Origin: Bigelowiella natans CCMP2755
Taxonomy: Eukaryota; Protista; Cercozoa
Direction of reading: 5' to 3'
Length of the DNA: 55,095 bases
Assembly: GCA_000320545.1 (NCBI GenBank)
Contig: ADNK01003517.1
Location: 1-55,095 of the forward strand
Shown here piece after piece: positions 12,646-26,712 of this stretch (position 1 is the first letter of the stretch; every line of letters begins with the position of its first letter). The notes under the pieces are model-generated. The model had not been told where the DNA came from and made no database searches. It saw only the letters and a list, made by a program, of their open reading frames with translations. The position numbers were made by a program, and so were the translations under genes.

Positions 12646-14279
12646 GTCGTCATCATCGTAGCTGAGAGACGTGAAGTCTCTCTTAAGGAAATTGGTAGCA
12701 AGGACCGACGTCTCACCGGTACTACTACTACTACTACTACTAATAATAATAATATTGATGATGATGATGATGATACGGCAACTTCTTCTTCTTCTTGGTA
12801 TGCTATGTTACATAGTGATATACTACCACCATGTTCTCTTATATAAATTTCTCTCTAAGTTGTGGTAATAAAATAGGAGGAAATGAGGGGAATTATCTAC
12901 CTGGTGACAAACGATCCTCCCTCATCCCTCTTGGATGTACTGAGAGATGTGAGAGGTTGATTCTTTGGTTGTTGATTCATATTCATATCTACTATTATCA
13001 AGAGGGAACAAATAATACACCAAACCACCATTTGGACCTAACGACAGAATGATGATGATGTAATTATCCTGTTAAGGTTCTGTTAATCATGATAAGTTTA
13101 CCTTCCTTGATTTCCCTTATTTGATTCACGATGTTGCTATACTATTACTATTATTTTTATTATTATTATTACATTATCAGAAAATAATTCAACGAGTGAA
13201 TACGAAGCCGTTTCCCTTCTAATCCAAGCATATCGGTAGTAATAATAAAAGAAAGAATGCGTGTTAAAAACAAAGAATCACGATGTGATCATTATGAACA
13301 AGAACACCAAGAACAACAAGAGATGACATCAAGTTTTCATTATTATATATTGTATGTTGTTTCTCCTCAAAACATGTGATCATTCATACCTCAGCACCAC
13401 CACCACCAAATGCAAACTAAATCATTTGTAGAAGAAGAAGAAGAAGAAGAGTTCTGAATTTTGTTGTTTGAAAAGACAAATGAAACGTGATCTTGGAGAT
13501 GAGGATGAGGAGGAGGAGGGGGAGGGGGAGGATGAGAAAGAATATTACAACTACGACGGCTACAACTACGAAACTGAGGTGGTTGCTCGAAGCAATATGT
13601 TGTGTTTGTGTGTGCGTGTTTGTGTGATGATGATAGTATCGAAAGAGAGATCGAATGTGCGTGTTTGTGTGATGATGATAGTACCGAAAGAGGGATCAAA
13701 GGCCAGCCCCAGCACCAGGGATTTCTTCCTCTTCTTCTTCTCTGGCCTCTCCTCGTGCACGCACTGCTATTGCTGCTATTAGACAGCATCATCATCATCA
13801 TCATCATCAAGAGACGGAGGACAAACATGAATGGAAATCAGCCATGGAATCGTTGAAAAAGCTAATCCTGACTGCTTGTTTAGAAACACCAACAACTCAA
13901 AAGGTATTATTCAGCATAACATGGGAATAATAATAATAAATAATAATAAAATAAGGGTATTTGGGTACATAGAAAGAACGAAAGAAAGAAAGACAACAAT
14001 ATTGAAGAAGAAGAAGAAGAGGAGGAGGAGGAGAACAAATACAAAATGATGATTCTCACTATAATAATAGTACAAATGGTGTATAGGTGATGTGATAGCA
14101 ACTTTATGTGCGTTTTATAGTTGTCATTCAATAGTAACTATATGTGCGTTTTATAGTTGTCATGCAATAGTAACTATATGTGCGTTTTATAGTTGTCATT
14201 CAATAGTAACTATATGTGCGCGCTTCTTTTATAATCTTCATTCAAGGAAAGTAGGAATAGTGACCTACAAATAATTCAA

Positions 14280-14317
<38 letters not shown>

Positions 14318-14705
14318 CAGAAAAATGTGCGAAAACTGTATGCGTTGGCTGAAGCTGAGAATCCTGTTATCTGGGCGGCCTTCTCTCTGTAATAAGTGAT
14401 AAGAATAATGAACTTCTTAGATATGCTTCTTTATTATTCTTCAATGATTGAATATAATATTATTAATAATAATAAATAGCTGGGATTGCAGAGTAGTAGA
14501 ATTAGTAGTATATAATCATCTTATTGGTCTTCTTTTCATCAGCATCATCATCACATGATTATTGCCATCATCATCATCGTGTCAGATATCGATTAGATCG
14601 TAATTGGGAAGAATTCAAAGACACGCTAGAGCGACTATCTATCTCCAAAACCTATGTAGTATTATTCAAATAATACATTAATTCGCTCAGTATCACTAAC
14701 ATACA

Positions 14706-14736
<31 letters not shown>

Positions 14737-14924
14737 ATGTTGCGTTGGTCATCTTACTCGCTCACTTACTTACTTACTTACTTGCAGGGCGGTGAATTAC
14801 TTTACATCAATGCTGCTAAAGCCTACGAAAAGCGACGACAAGTAGAAGGAGAAAGAGGAGGACAACATAAACAACAAATAATGGTGCTTGTTTGCAATTA
14901 GAACTAGTTGCAGCAGCAGGATAT

Positions 14925-14970
<46 letters not shown>

Positions 14971-14981
14971 TAGTACAGAAA

Positions 14982-15016
<35 letters not shown>

Positions 15017-15043
15017 CACCAATCCGTGGTGACGTTGTTGTCG

Positions 15044-15077
<34 letters not shown>

Positions 15078-15994
15078 CCTCCCTATTATCATATATTCCA
15101 TTAATATCAGTGATAATAATATTTGATATTATTATTCTAAGGAAGAAGAAGAAGAAGAAGAAGAAGAAGAAGAAGCCAACAGAAAGATGACGGGTAGTAG
15201 TACAGTAGCAGTGGTAGTAGTAGTAGTAGTAGTAGTAGAGGTAGTAGAGTGCATTATTAGATACATAAGCACATATGCACCACCTCCACCACCAGCAGCA
15301 TCTCATTTTAGCAGCATACATAATCCAGAGAGAAGATTTTCCAGTGCTACATGCAACTATATCAGTTGATTACTTCGTTTTTGTGATTGGTGTCGTCATC
15401 GTCGTATATATGACTGGAGATCAACGTAATGAAGATTAAAAACGACTACGTTTGAATGGCACCAGATCCTGGTGTCGCTTGCTCTCTTTTGTTATTCAAG
15501 ATGATGATGATATACATACCTATATGTTAGTAGTTGTTGTCTTTTTGTAATAAAATTCTACTACTATTACTTCTACTACTACTACAAAGGAAAAGGAAAA
15601 GGAGTGGGCAGTCCAATGAAGACATTATTAGAGGAAAGAGACCGATCAGTTGCTGCTTTACTTGTCCAGCAAGCCAGTTGTGAGAAGGAAATCAAAGTAT
15701 TACGTTTATATGAGAAAGAAGGCTATCTTGAAAAAGCTGAGGTATTACGTACAACTAATGATCATCATCACCATGATCATCACCATCATCTCTTCGTTTG
15801 ACTTCTTATTCTTCTTTCTTAATAGATTCAGTACCTAACAAATATGGTAAGAGCTCGTGATCCAGTGATAATGGCTGCTTTTGATGTTTTACGAGAAACA
15901 CATGACTGGAGAGAGATGTACCACTATTAATACACTACTAGTCATTGTTAAAATGGTATTATACTAGTCTGCTGCTGCTGCTCTGCTACTTCTT

Positions 15995-16028
<34 letters not shown>

Positions 16029-16142
16029 AAGTAATAGTAGTAGTAGTAGTAGTAGTAGTAATAGAAGTACTAAATTTATGATGATGCTTCTTTTATGAAG
16101 AGAGAAAGCACTGCCAACATAAATGCTACATATTATATATAT

Positions 16143-16210
<68 letters not shown>

Positions 16211-17364
16211 TACTTAGATGATGGTTATATGATGGAAACAATAATGCCAAAAATTGATATGGAAAAAAATGATTAAAAGTAAATAGTGATAATAATAATA
16301 ATGTTGTGGACTTTTAAAGGTATGATACTATGACTCGACTTTTACGTCGTGAGGCAGCCGTACAGCTGGTTTCGAAGTACCAAGACATGTACGTAGTAGT
16401 AGTAGCAGCAGCAGTACCAATTCAGAGGAATAGAAGGGGGGCCTTAACAACAACAACAACAACAACAACAACAGCAACAACCCCCCCCTATTTAGTTACC
16501 AAAAGGCCGTATTTTCCTTGTTGAGTCGCGGAGAAATCGATACATCTGGTAAGTAAGTAGTAACTACATGTGTACATATACCAACTTGTAAGATAAAGAG
16601 TATTAAAGTAATAATAGTAGTAACGGCAGTATTTCTAGTAGTTCTGTATATTCTCTTGATTGTTCTCTAGTTGATGTGAGTAATTCGTGTATTTAATGGT
16701 TTCTTCTCTCATCAATTGTTATTTTCTGCTAAGATATTCAGATAAACACAGCCTACTTCTACAAAAACAACAACAACTATAACTACTACTACTACCACTA
16801 CTTTTATTTTTATTTAGGGGCTCTAACTTTAATGAAATTGCTTGAAGGCAAAGATGAACAAGTAACAAGAGAAAGATATCTTTTACTTATTCATTTTTTA
16901 TGTGTAGCATTAGTAGTATTAGTAGTAGTAGTCGTCATACTGCTCTCCTCTTCACCTGAGGATTTGCTGTTTGTAGCCTATCATGGGTCATCATCACAGT
17001 GTATTGTGTTGGTGGTGGTGGTTATTATCCTCATCATCTTAGGTAATTGACTGGTTGGGAGAGATTGAGACGTTCTACGGATTGAGAGGCGAGACACAAA
17101 AGGTGAATAATGTAGCCAGTTACATTAGTAGAGAAGATGGAAGTACTACTAAATGCTACCAGCTGTTGTGATGATTCCAGGCGTAGTGAGTAGAAGTAGT
17201 CCAGCTGTTGAGATGATTCCAGGCGTAGTGAGTAGATATAGTTGTAGTAGTACATCAAGGTAAAATTTAAGAAGCTGTGTGAGAATGGCGATTGATGTAA
17301 TTGGTACCTGCCGTCGTTTATAAATCCATCATTCAATGCACTCACCATCATATGCAAAGTAGGT

Positions 17365-17398
<34 letters not shown>

Positions 17399-17750
17399 AA
17401 GGAGGAGGAGGAGGAGGGGTTCATCGTTTTATATTAATAAAGTTATACCATTGCAATAATTGCATACAATTAGATTCCGAATAATTTGATTGTTATCATT
17501 GCAATAATTGCATACATTTAGATTCCTAACTTAATGCCGCTGGTTCGAAAGGTGGCAACAATGGCATTGGTCAGTTGTCCTAAGCTTTATTACTACGTAC
17601 ACGCGCAGAAGAAGAACAAGAACAAGAAGAAGAGAGTGCAGAGGAGCAATATTTATACCTTTTGTTGTTTTCGTGGTTATATGTTAATAGGAACCAGCCC
17701 CTCCAAGTTTCTTTCAAAGTGATGTTCATCTCCGCAACAACAAGCACTGA
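6599..17750 (+). CDS. Large, highly intron-fragmented hypothetical gene with repeated helical motifs (boundaries approximate; may be more than one gene)
   Basis: Many short GT-AG-bounded exons between microsatellite introns, e.g. PATLSAMDYRDLKRLLQVL...LLERVDEK, VGLDSVGVRLAILERFYRMKALRKK, LYALAEAENPVIWAAFS, YRLDRNWEEFKDTLERL, MVRARDPVIMAAFDVLRETHDWREM, YDTMTRLLRREAAVQL. Confidence 0.55.
14095..14220. repeat. 36-bp minisatellite, about 3.5 copies
   Basis: Unit atagtaactatatgtgcgttttatagttgtcat(t/g)ca. Confidence 0.9.
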
Positions 17751-17859
17751 GTCGTCACAATAATGCCAACAAATTGATGATGATCTTACCAAATGGTTCA
17801 CTCGATGAGATAGATCTTGATTTTTTCTAATGTAGTTCACGATGAAAAGCTGCTTTGCC

Positions 17860-19200
17860 TTTCGTTGCATTGACTTCCCCCAGTGAGCATGATTTTCAAA
17901 ACGGTCAGTTGTTTAGCTGCTCTGTCTGAAACGCGCATGTACGAATTCTGTTTCATTTGTGATGAGCTCAGTCACGTGCGTCGTCAATCATCATTTGCTA
18001 CACAAGCGACTCACATCGCTTGTTCGCCATGTCATTGTTGTGCTGCAACTGGCACAACACGACGGCGAAGCATGCTGCCAGTCAACTTTCACGATGCGAT
18101 GCATTGTTGTTGCGATGCGTTTGCAAATTCTTGCTGCGCAATGTGAGCAATGGCGTGAACTAGTGATTCACACAGCCTCGCCGCATCTGTCAATGTGCCG
18201 GTGGGCTGCCACGTACGTGCACCGCGCGCACATGCGTGTTGCTGCAGCGTGCAACATCGTGCGCAAGTTGCCTCCTCAAAGCTCAGGCTGGCAAGTCAGG
18301 CAAGTGAGTGGGGTTTTCAGTCCACGCGTTTCCTTTCACAACTAGGCGATCATGAATTGCGCAAGTGTTCTGAAGGAGCAAAAAATGACAGAAAGTTCTG
18401 TCAATTTTGGTGCGACCCAGTGCTTCGTGCGGCCGCCACGCCATGGCAACACGCAGACTTTGGGCTGCATGCCATGGCGCTGCTTCACGTGTGTACCGGT
18501 GTGGCAAGATCTTGAGGTGTGCATGCGATGCATGTTCGCGGGGTTGCATCCAACGCGACCTCAAGCCAGAAAGCGTGTAGCTGCTGAACTGGTGAGCTCA
18601 CCGCGATCATCTCTGGACACAACACAAGCGCTGTCTGCACACAGCTAATGCATGACACTAGTGAGGTTGTCACTGATCCCGCCGTGCTACCACTCACAGC
18701 GACGCTAGCGTTGTTCACAATGCTGATGTTGACACTAGTGAGGTTGTCACTAATCCCGGGCACTGCAACAAATCGCCATCCCATCGGCTGGTCATCCTGC
18801 TGGTACATGCTAGCATGGCTGTACAAAGCTGCGACTTACGTACTGCGCAGCGCTCAAATGGTCTACGGTGTCTGTTGCAGTTTCAGCTGTCGGATGCACG
18901 TCTAGACGCATTCCAAAACAATGCTGACCGACAACAAGAAGAAAGGAAATCCAACACATTTTAAAATTCTCAATTGCACGAAGTGTGCACGTGATGCAGT
19001 CTTCAAAACTCACACATTGCACGAGGTGTGCACACAATGTAGCCTCCGATGATCGGTCAGATGACTCGATGATCTGGTAACAGGGCAATGACCCGAAACA
19101 CCTCATCATTTTCTAATGCTAGCTGGCATGTGCCAGCAAGGAGTCTTTCTAGATTGCCCGCTGGTATTCCGCTCCATCAAATTCCATCGTCTAATGTGCA
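17860..19200. other. TpA-depleted intergenic block (strong but incomplete)
   Basis: tgca/catg/cacg-rich with sparse TA, many of them in CTAG. Confidence 0.75.
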
Positions 19201-19239
19201 TTGTCGGCATTTAGTTTTCCTCTTCTCTTCTCTTTGAAA

Positions 19240-20772
19240 GATGAATGGTGCTCACACTTACGTCATCATACTCGTCGCCGTCTAAGACATTATCGTCACC
19301 CTCTGGAACAGTACCTTCTCCACTGTCGAGTAGTATCAGTGAAGAAGAAGAAGAAGAAGAAGAAGAGGAGCTGCTGCTTATATTGAACAACGATGAATGA
19401 ATATTTTCCTCTTAGCACGTCCAGTTAACTTACCGTATTCCTCTATTCGATGAGAATAATTTAGACGACGTCGGTGTGCCACCGTTTCGCCCATCCCCAC
19501 CACCTTAGTAGTAGTAGTAGTAGTAGTAGTAGTTGTTGTTGTTGTGGTATACATGCACGTGCACCATCACAGCAGAGAACAGAAGTAGAATGATGAAGAA
19601 AGCAAGAAGAACTAGAGAAGGAGTGGATGTATAGCAAAGGAACCACATATCTAATTGCTACCATGACAACAACTACTAACTGCTAACTCCTCCACCAATC
19701 TCTTTCTACCTGACAACCACCATTAATTACCATATGGCTTACCGTAAGTCGTCGTCGTTGTCGTCTGAACGATACTCATCGGAACAGCCTCTAAATTCAT
19801 AAAAACGTGCAGCTCAAATTTCGAAATATTCATTTGAAAACTGAAGAAACACTAAATGTGACAAAATTGATTTCGTCTTAAAAGTGTTACTACGTAGTCA
19901 TCTACAGAGCAGCTGCTACACGTCGTCCACTGTTCTTTTAATTGTATTATCATGAAACAATAATATTACCATATGCATCTACGTCAATATCCCTCCATGC
20001 ACACATCATTCCTAAGTGTGCAGCCTGAGAGGAAATTACATGAAGGTTTAGTAGTAGTAGTAGTAGTAGTAGTAGGAAGAAGAAGAAGAAGAAGTGAAAA
20101 AGTAATAGGAGGAGGAGAAGGGAGGAGGTGGAAGAGATAAGTGGGGAGAAACCTCTATATCACCGTAAAATTAAACGAAGACCATATCACAGTACAATAA
20201 GTAAAAAAAAACTAGAATAGAAGCTATGTGACACTTCTACGCGGTTGAGTTTTTTAGTATCATTTCTCTAATACTGCATTGATGTGAGCATGATAAACTA
20301 CTACGCACCGCTACAAGAGCATAGAATAGTGTAGATACTCCCACCCACCCTTGACTGGGCAAATACGACGAGATGTAACAACGATGATCATGAGAAAGAT
20401 TCATAATAAAAATAGTGATTATTTTTTTAATGATGATGAATATTGGCATGAATATGTGATAGCAATGTCAAGCAATTAGAAGTCGGTGGGAGCTCTGTGT
20501 GCATCAACAATAACCCAAATGAAAAATAATGGAGATGGTTGTTTTCTTCCTCAAGATTTCCTACGTCAAAGTAGTAACAGCAGAACAATATCAGCATATC
20601 CTCCATCTACTACTCCTTTGATGATGAAAACGATGATGTGTGAGTTGAGTAACAATAGTAGGTGTACAGCAGTAAAGCGGTAAGAGGTGGTGACTGCATG
20701 TAGGCAAGATGATAGTAGCACTCAGCACATCACCAATGAACATGCGTATTGATTAATAGACATGTATTTATG

Positions 20773-20808
<36 letters not shown>

Positions 20809-20882
20809 GCGGTGTTCAAACTAACCCTCCCATGTCCACGATGATGCACATGTAGACGCCGACTTTCGTATTATAATATATG

Positions 20883-20947
<65 letters not shown>

Positions 20948-20992
20948 ATTGAAATATATCAATATCATTTGAGTGCAGTAGCGTAGCAGTAT

Positions 20993-21023
<31 letters not shown>

Positions 21024-21454
21024 AAATAGTATGCAGGGGTAGGATTTACAGATTGTACATTACATGTATGATGAAAGTTAAGAATTAGGAGCTTCAGATG
21101 ATATATGTTGTATGATGACATAAGTAATTTATTGGAGGAAGCAGCAGCATCATCCCTCCCTCCCTTTTGCTATTCAGTCTATCATCACATCGCATTGTGG
21201 TAAAAGTAGTAAGCAGTAGGAACAACTTACCTGAAGAGCCATCATGAATAGAGTAACCTAAATTTATTATGTGAGAAAGAATCAAGTGAGGACAACCTTG
21301 AAGTAGAGAGTTGATAAAAAGCAATGCTGCTGCCTAAGAAATGTATGTGTGTGTGTGTGTGTGTACTAAAGTGATACTAAGGTCTCGATTTATGGAGCAG
21401 ATCAATCGTTTTATTGGACAACAAGTATGTGACAACATCGTCATCATCATCATT

Positions 21455-21487
<33 letters not shown>

Positions 21488-22474
21488 TTTATGAAAGTAT
21501 AAAGATTGTATCACGCATTTGGATAATGTTATATTAAGCAAACCAACAAATTTAGTGATGATAATGATGACGATGATGGTGAATAGAAGTTGTTGTTGTT
21601 GTAGTAGTAGTAGTAGTAGTAGTAGTAGCAGCAGTAGTTGTACTGTAGTGGGTGCATATTCATTTGTCATCATCATCACCACAGAGCCGCTTAAGAGCAT
21701 GTTTGATTCAGGATGACTGTTAGAGGAGGAGGAGGAGGAGCAGGTTGTAGTAGTGAGTGATAGATAGATAGATAGATAGATAGATATATAGTAGCAGTAG
21801 AACAAAACTATTACTTCTTAGCACAAGAAGGCCCAATGGTAAAGAAGATATAAAAATCTCTCAATCAAAAGCAATAATACATAGCAGAAATAATATTATT
21901 CATGGCCTTTCCTGATATTCTTCTTTTCTGTTGCTTTGCTGCTTACAAGAATACTACTACCATCCTCGCCAATATCCAACCTAAAGGAGGAGGAGGAGGA
22001 GGCAAAGACTGAAGCAGAGAAGACCAAGACATGAGAACGTGAAGAACCCAAAAAACACCATATTTTTAAAACTATTTCCTTTTTCTCGCTCTGTAGTCAG
22101 TATTTCTAATTGCTGTGACGAGGAGCGAGCTGCATGCTACAGCTACTACTACAACCATTGTTATAAGGTGCGCTTTATCGATGATTCATGCAATGGTAGA
22201 TCAGCGTAGTTGCTAATATTCAGCGGTAGCAATATTCTCTCTCTCACCAGAAGTAACGTGAAGATTGTCTGTATAACCACAATAATAATAATAATAATGA
22301 TAACATGTAGCATGCAGATAGTAAGTAATAATAATGATAACATGTAGTATGTAGATAGTAAGTAACGTGAAGATTATCTGTATGATAATAATAATATTAT
22401 GAGGTGTTATGATAACGATTAAATTGAGAGAAAAAGTAGCGGGAGTTGAATAGCTTCTCCCCCCCCCCCCTCTC

Positions 22475-22532
<58 letters not shown>

Positions 22533-23038
22533 AGAGAAGAATATGAGCAAGAGATTGCATACTAAGAGAGTGTTGCGTAACGCACAACTTCTAGTACACA
22601 ACACACACAACGCACATTTGTAGTAGTAGAAGTAGTAAAAAGGTTTAGCAATTAGTAACCTGCAGAATCAATAGGTGCAACATGATACATACATACATAT
22701 ATACATACTATGACCGACAGACCATAAGGGAATGCCACATGAGACAAAACTGGTAAGAAAATCGTAGTTTGCCATCATTTGCTGTTGTAAGCGTCGATAC
22801 GACAACACTAAAAATAAATATCGAAATGATAACATATGAGGAGACAGTAAATAGTGTGCTGTCACATACGCGCAAGGAGAGGGAGGGGGGGATAGGTAGG
22901 GTTTATTATATTGTTTCCACCACCTTATGGAGAGGAGAGTTAAGGCGACGTAACCAGACAGCAGCGCAACTCGCTTCTGCTGGATTGTGCACATTCGTTG
23001 GTGGTGCACCAAGAAGTAATGTAAAAGCTAAAAGCTAG
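19240..23038 (+). CDS. Probable intron-rich gene of unknown product (structure unresolved)
   Basis: Same microsatellite-intron texture as the confirmed genes, with exon-like islands (SRFMEQINRFIGQQ ~21381-21423; REEYEQEIA ~22532-22558; INIEMITYEE ~22814-22843). No family recognised. Confidence 0.3.
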
Positions 23039-23295
23039 ATGGTCCTGGAAAGAAAGGGGTCGGGCCTATACTTTTTGGCAGCAAGAGAACCGAACAATGA
23101 GAATGAGCAATTTGGTGGTGACAACGAGCAGTCAAAATATCCAACACCGTTCTGTTCTCACACACGAGCGCACATATATACGCACGTATATCAGCACATA
23201 CGCTGCATTAAAAATAAGACTCGTCGTCGCACCGACCTGCCACAGTAGCAGTGTGATGAAAAGAGGGCGGCTCAAGAGTTTGTTCGGAAGTGGTC

Positions 23296-23334
<39 letters not shown>

Positions 23335-23699
23335 GTGTTCCTCATCAATTTACTAACATTCATCCGTGTAATCCTTTGTCGCTCATATATCATCGCAAGC
23401 TATTCCATACCTGTGTCTAACATCTTGGTTCCAAGACGCATAGATGAAACGGCCTTTAATAATTCCCTTAACGACAAAGCATAGCCGAGTTTTATCGATC
23501 TGCTATTCGAAATACCTTCCCGCCAATCTAGACGACTACCAGGCCACTACTTTACTACTATGGCTTCCTTAGAGGAAAAAATCAGGGTTATATCTAAACC
23601 TCGAGGGGATACCAAGTGTTACACTGACAATAGAGAGTATGTTTCCGGCACAACCAGATTCTGACCACTACTACTACCACAAACTGTTGGTTGTATCAG

Positions 23700-24656
23700 G
23701 ATATCGAAGAATCTTATAATAATGGCTGGGTACCTAAAACACGAAGTGGGAAGCAAGTTAGTCCCAACAAGATCCGAACAGGTGTCATTAACACATACCA
23801 AACTATTATTTCTCTTTGGATGTAGAACTAACGCAGTAGCTACAGCAGCAGTGATGTTTGATCTAGTAGCTGCGCAATTGAAGAAATTTTGTTATCGGGT
23901 CTTCATAATTTGTGCTTGGTATTGGCATGATCTTACACTGAAGACATTCTGGACTACGTGGCAAAGAAAGGAATCACAAAGACCCAGTTTATGCGCGACA
24001 TCAATGTCAACGGAAACTCGTTCAACAAATTTATGAAAGGGAAATCATACTATAAGAATCAGTGGAGCGCAGTGAATAATCAAACTTATATGGCAGCAGC
24101 AAGATACCTCGTTATTGAGGGCTTAAGAGAAAAAATCGTTAAAAGAGATACAAAGAGATGTACCAAAAAGCGTCAGCGGGCATATGGTAAGGAGAATGAG
24201 CTTCCCTCTACTGGTGTCGATGGTGAAAAGTTGGGTAAGAAGCAAAAGTATCCAGGAGAGACTAAATCCAGCGACAAAGCTGCAGCCCAATCTCTACTAA
24301 AAAGGATTAGCAGCATCGAAGTCGATACAAATTGTCCAATATACGAAGATTGTCAAACGGTTCGCAAACAAATAGAGAAATTTCTACAAACACCTGGACT
24401 ATCAAAAACAGCTTTTATCAATGCTCTTGGTTCGGGTCTTCAATTGATAAGTTTGAATCGATTTCGAAGCCTTGGAGGACCGTTTTGTGGATCAAATCAA
24501 AAGATTTACCGTCTTGCTTACATATTCTTCGAGAAAAAACGCATTCTTGATGGTGCTCCAAAATCGAAAAGTCGCCAAAAGTATGAAGATTGGTTTCCGC
24601 TGGGGATTCCAGCTAATCGCCGGGATTTTGATAGGATCCAGGCAATGTTGCGATGA
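23700..24656 (+). CDS. Protein with two tandem DUF7726-like helical domains (true 5' end unresolved, possibly the ATG at 23560)
   Basis: Exon 23700-23781 (GWVPKTRSGKQVSPNKIRT) splices to 23944 (DILDYVAKKGITKTQFMRDINVNGNSFNKFM). The second domain, YEDCQTVRKQIEKFL..PG.SKTAF...AYIFFEKKRILDGAPKSKSR, resembles from memory the fungal/protist DUF7726 family. Confidence 0.7.
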
Positions 24657-25990
24657 GCGATCTTGTTTCATTTTCCTCAGGAAATCGTTCATTAAAAATT
24701 CTGAAGAAATATTGGATGTGATGACCGGTTGTCATGCACATAAGAGACCGTCGAACCATCTACTCGCGCGGCCATCACCGCAGTCTTGCTTGCTCAAGTC
24801 TCCGCCCAGCATGCATGCGACTAATTGCTTTCTCACTCAAGACGCGGTTTTGCTGTGATGGGGTTGTAATCGATCCACCATGGTCTTTAGTTGTTTTGAT
24901 GGCTTCAATCATGCCACACAAATTTTCGCTTCATTTCAAATACAGCCGAAATTCACGTGCAAAGTTGGTGGAAAGACAAATTCTAGATGTTGCTACGCAC
25001 ATTTGTTTCTGTGGGGAAAACTCGCAGCATGCAGGCTTGCAGGCTTAATTGTTGCGCGGAGACATGAGTTGTCATTATCTCGATGCCCACGTCTCGTACG
25101 CGCCTTCACAAATTGTGGACAAAGAGCCTCTGCGTTGACGGTTCAAAGAAATTGTGTCCTGAATCGTGTGCAACACGATGTCACAATGAATGGAAAAGTG
25201 ATGACATCAGAAGCGCCAGAGCGTTGGAGACGCACATGCGCAGCGCTGGGAACGTCAGTCAGTCGCGCTGTGCTGCACTGCCTTGTCGGCAGGCGACGAC
25301 GCTCAATCATTGGCGGACAACAAGCGTGACGTGCAATTGCTCATCGCACTACAACGCAATGCAACTTGCACGTGCAGGGTGACGTGCATTGCCAGATTGC
25401 GCAGCAGACGCAGCCCAGCTTGGAAACAGAAGGATTGCGGAGCCGCACAGTGCGAACATGTGCACATCAATTGGACACCTTTTGTCAAACATGACTCATC
25501 TTCCGCAACAGCATTGATTGCACACACGTTTGCGCACAAAGTCGACTACCTGCAGCTTGAGGACAGAGGAAGAAGACGCTGAGACAACAAACAAAGACGC
25601 CGATGCCCAAGAGGATTGTGAACTGATCCCAGCACGACGCGGCAGACCGCACCTTGTTGCAAGGTGGTCTCGTGCGGATCGTGTCCGCTGCAACCCGATT
25701 GTCCCGTGAGGGCAGGACAAAGACGATCCGTGCTAGCTGGGGATCGCCGTCGCAGCCGAACACATCGGTCGCAACACCTGTCGCGTTTGCAACCCAATGA
25801 ACACATTGTGCACATGAGAATGGGCCGACGACACGTCCCAGACGGCGATGTGTTGTCAATGGATGCAGTGGTGCGTCACGGATGGCGTGTGATGATGACT
25901 TTGTGGAGCGGGAGCAATTGAGGGAGTGGATCCGGCATGCTTGCTGGCTTGGCGAGGTCTTTTGAATTGAATTGTGCTCTTTTTTTTTTG

Positions 25991-26246
25991 AACAATGAAC
26001 AATGAACAATGATGAAAACCACATCTCCAAAGTGTGACATGACACTTGCAGTGGTCATGCGAAATGCAGTGCCTCGAACTGCTGGCTTCAGTGAGGAGGT
26101 GGTCAAAAGCAATTCGAACCAGCTTTGCTTTGCGCCTTTTGAATGAACAATGAACAATGAACAATGATGAAGAACCACACTTCCAAAATGCAACAAGACA
26201 TTTGCAGTGTGCGAAACGCAGTGCCTCGAACTGACTTCAGTGAGGA
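25991..26246 (+). repeat. Two tandem copies of a dispersed ~100-bp repeat headed by (AACAATG)n
   Basis: Core atgatgaa..accaca..tccaa..tg..ac..gaca.ttgcagtg...gcgaaa.gcagtgcctcgaactg..cttcagtgagga. Further copies at ~27210-27304, ~37117-37186 and ~37187-37300. Confidence 0.9.
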
Positions 26247-26462
26247 CCATCCAGTGAAACCAAAAGGAATCAAGAATGGCATTGTGGCCACTCCTCCGTT
26301 CCTAGTTTCATTGTTTTCAGTGCCAACTTCAGGACCACGCATCCCCAAATCCTGTCGTGATGGTTTGCTCATGCTTGGAGATCACCAAGCAAGAACACCA
26401 CACCTGCGAACCCCAAGAGAACAATCCCATGGACCACACCTTCGTGGTCTGCTTCACACCTG

Positions 26463-26712
26463 CCACAACATCCCCAGCTTTTGCGGAGACATTGCCCTCA
26501 CTGGAAGGCATGAAGATGGAGGAGGATGCATTCTTCGTTCCCAGTCCATTTGGACAGCGAGCTTCGCAATGACCACAACATCCCCGGCTTTTGCGGAGAC
26601 AAAGCCCCCATCATTGCAATTGGAAGCACTGGCTTCACGCCAACCACAACATCCCCGGCCCAATGGAGACATTGCCTGGAGGGCACAAAGTTTGAGGAGG
26701 ACACCTTCATCC
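26463..26712 (+). repeat. Degenerate direct repeats (ccacaacatcccc.gc...ggagaca x3)
   Basis: Copies begin near 26463, 26573 and 26644. Confidence 0.8.

Noticed and set aside
16145-16208. (TA)n(TG)n compound microsatellites (also ~20886-20947) as evidence of TA conversion
   Set aside because: Such compound repeats are common in eukaryotes and arise by slippage; they sit in TA-rich introns.
18485-18826. Minus-strand ORF as a real gene
   Set aside because: It lies in a TA-depleted block where stops are scarce and has no recognisable motif.
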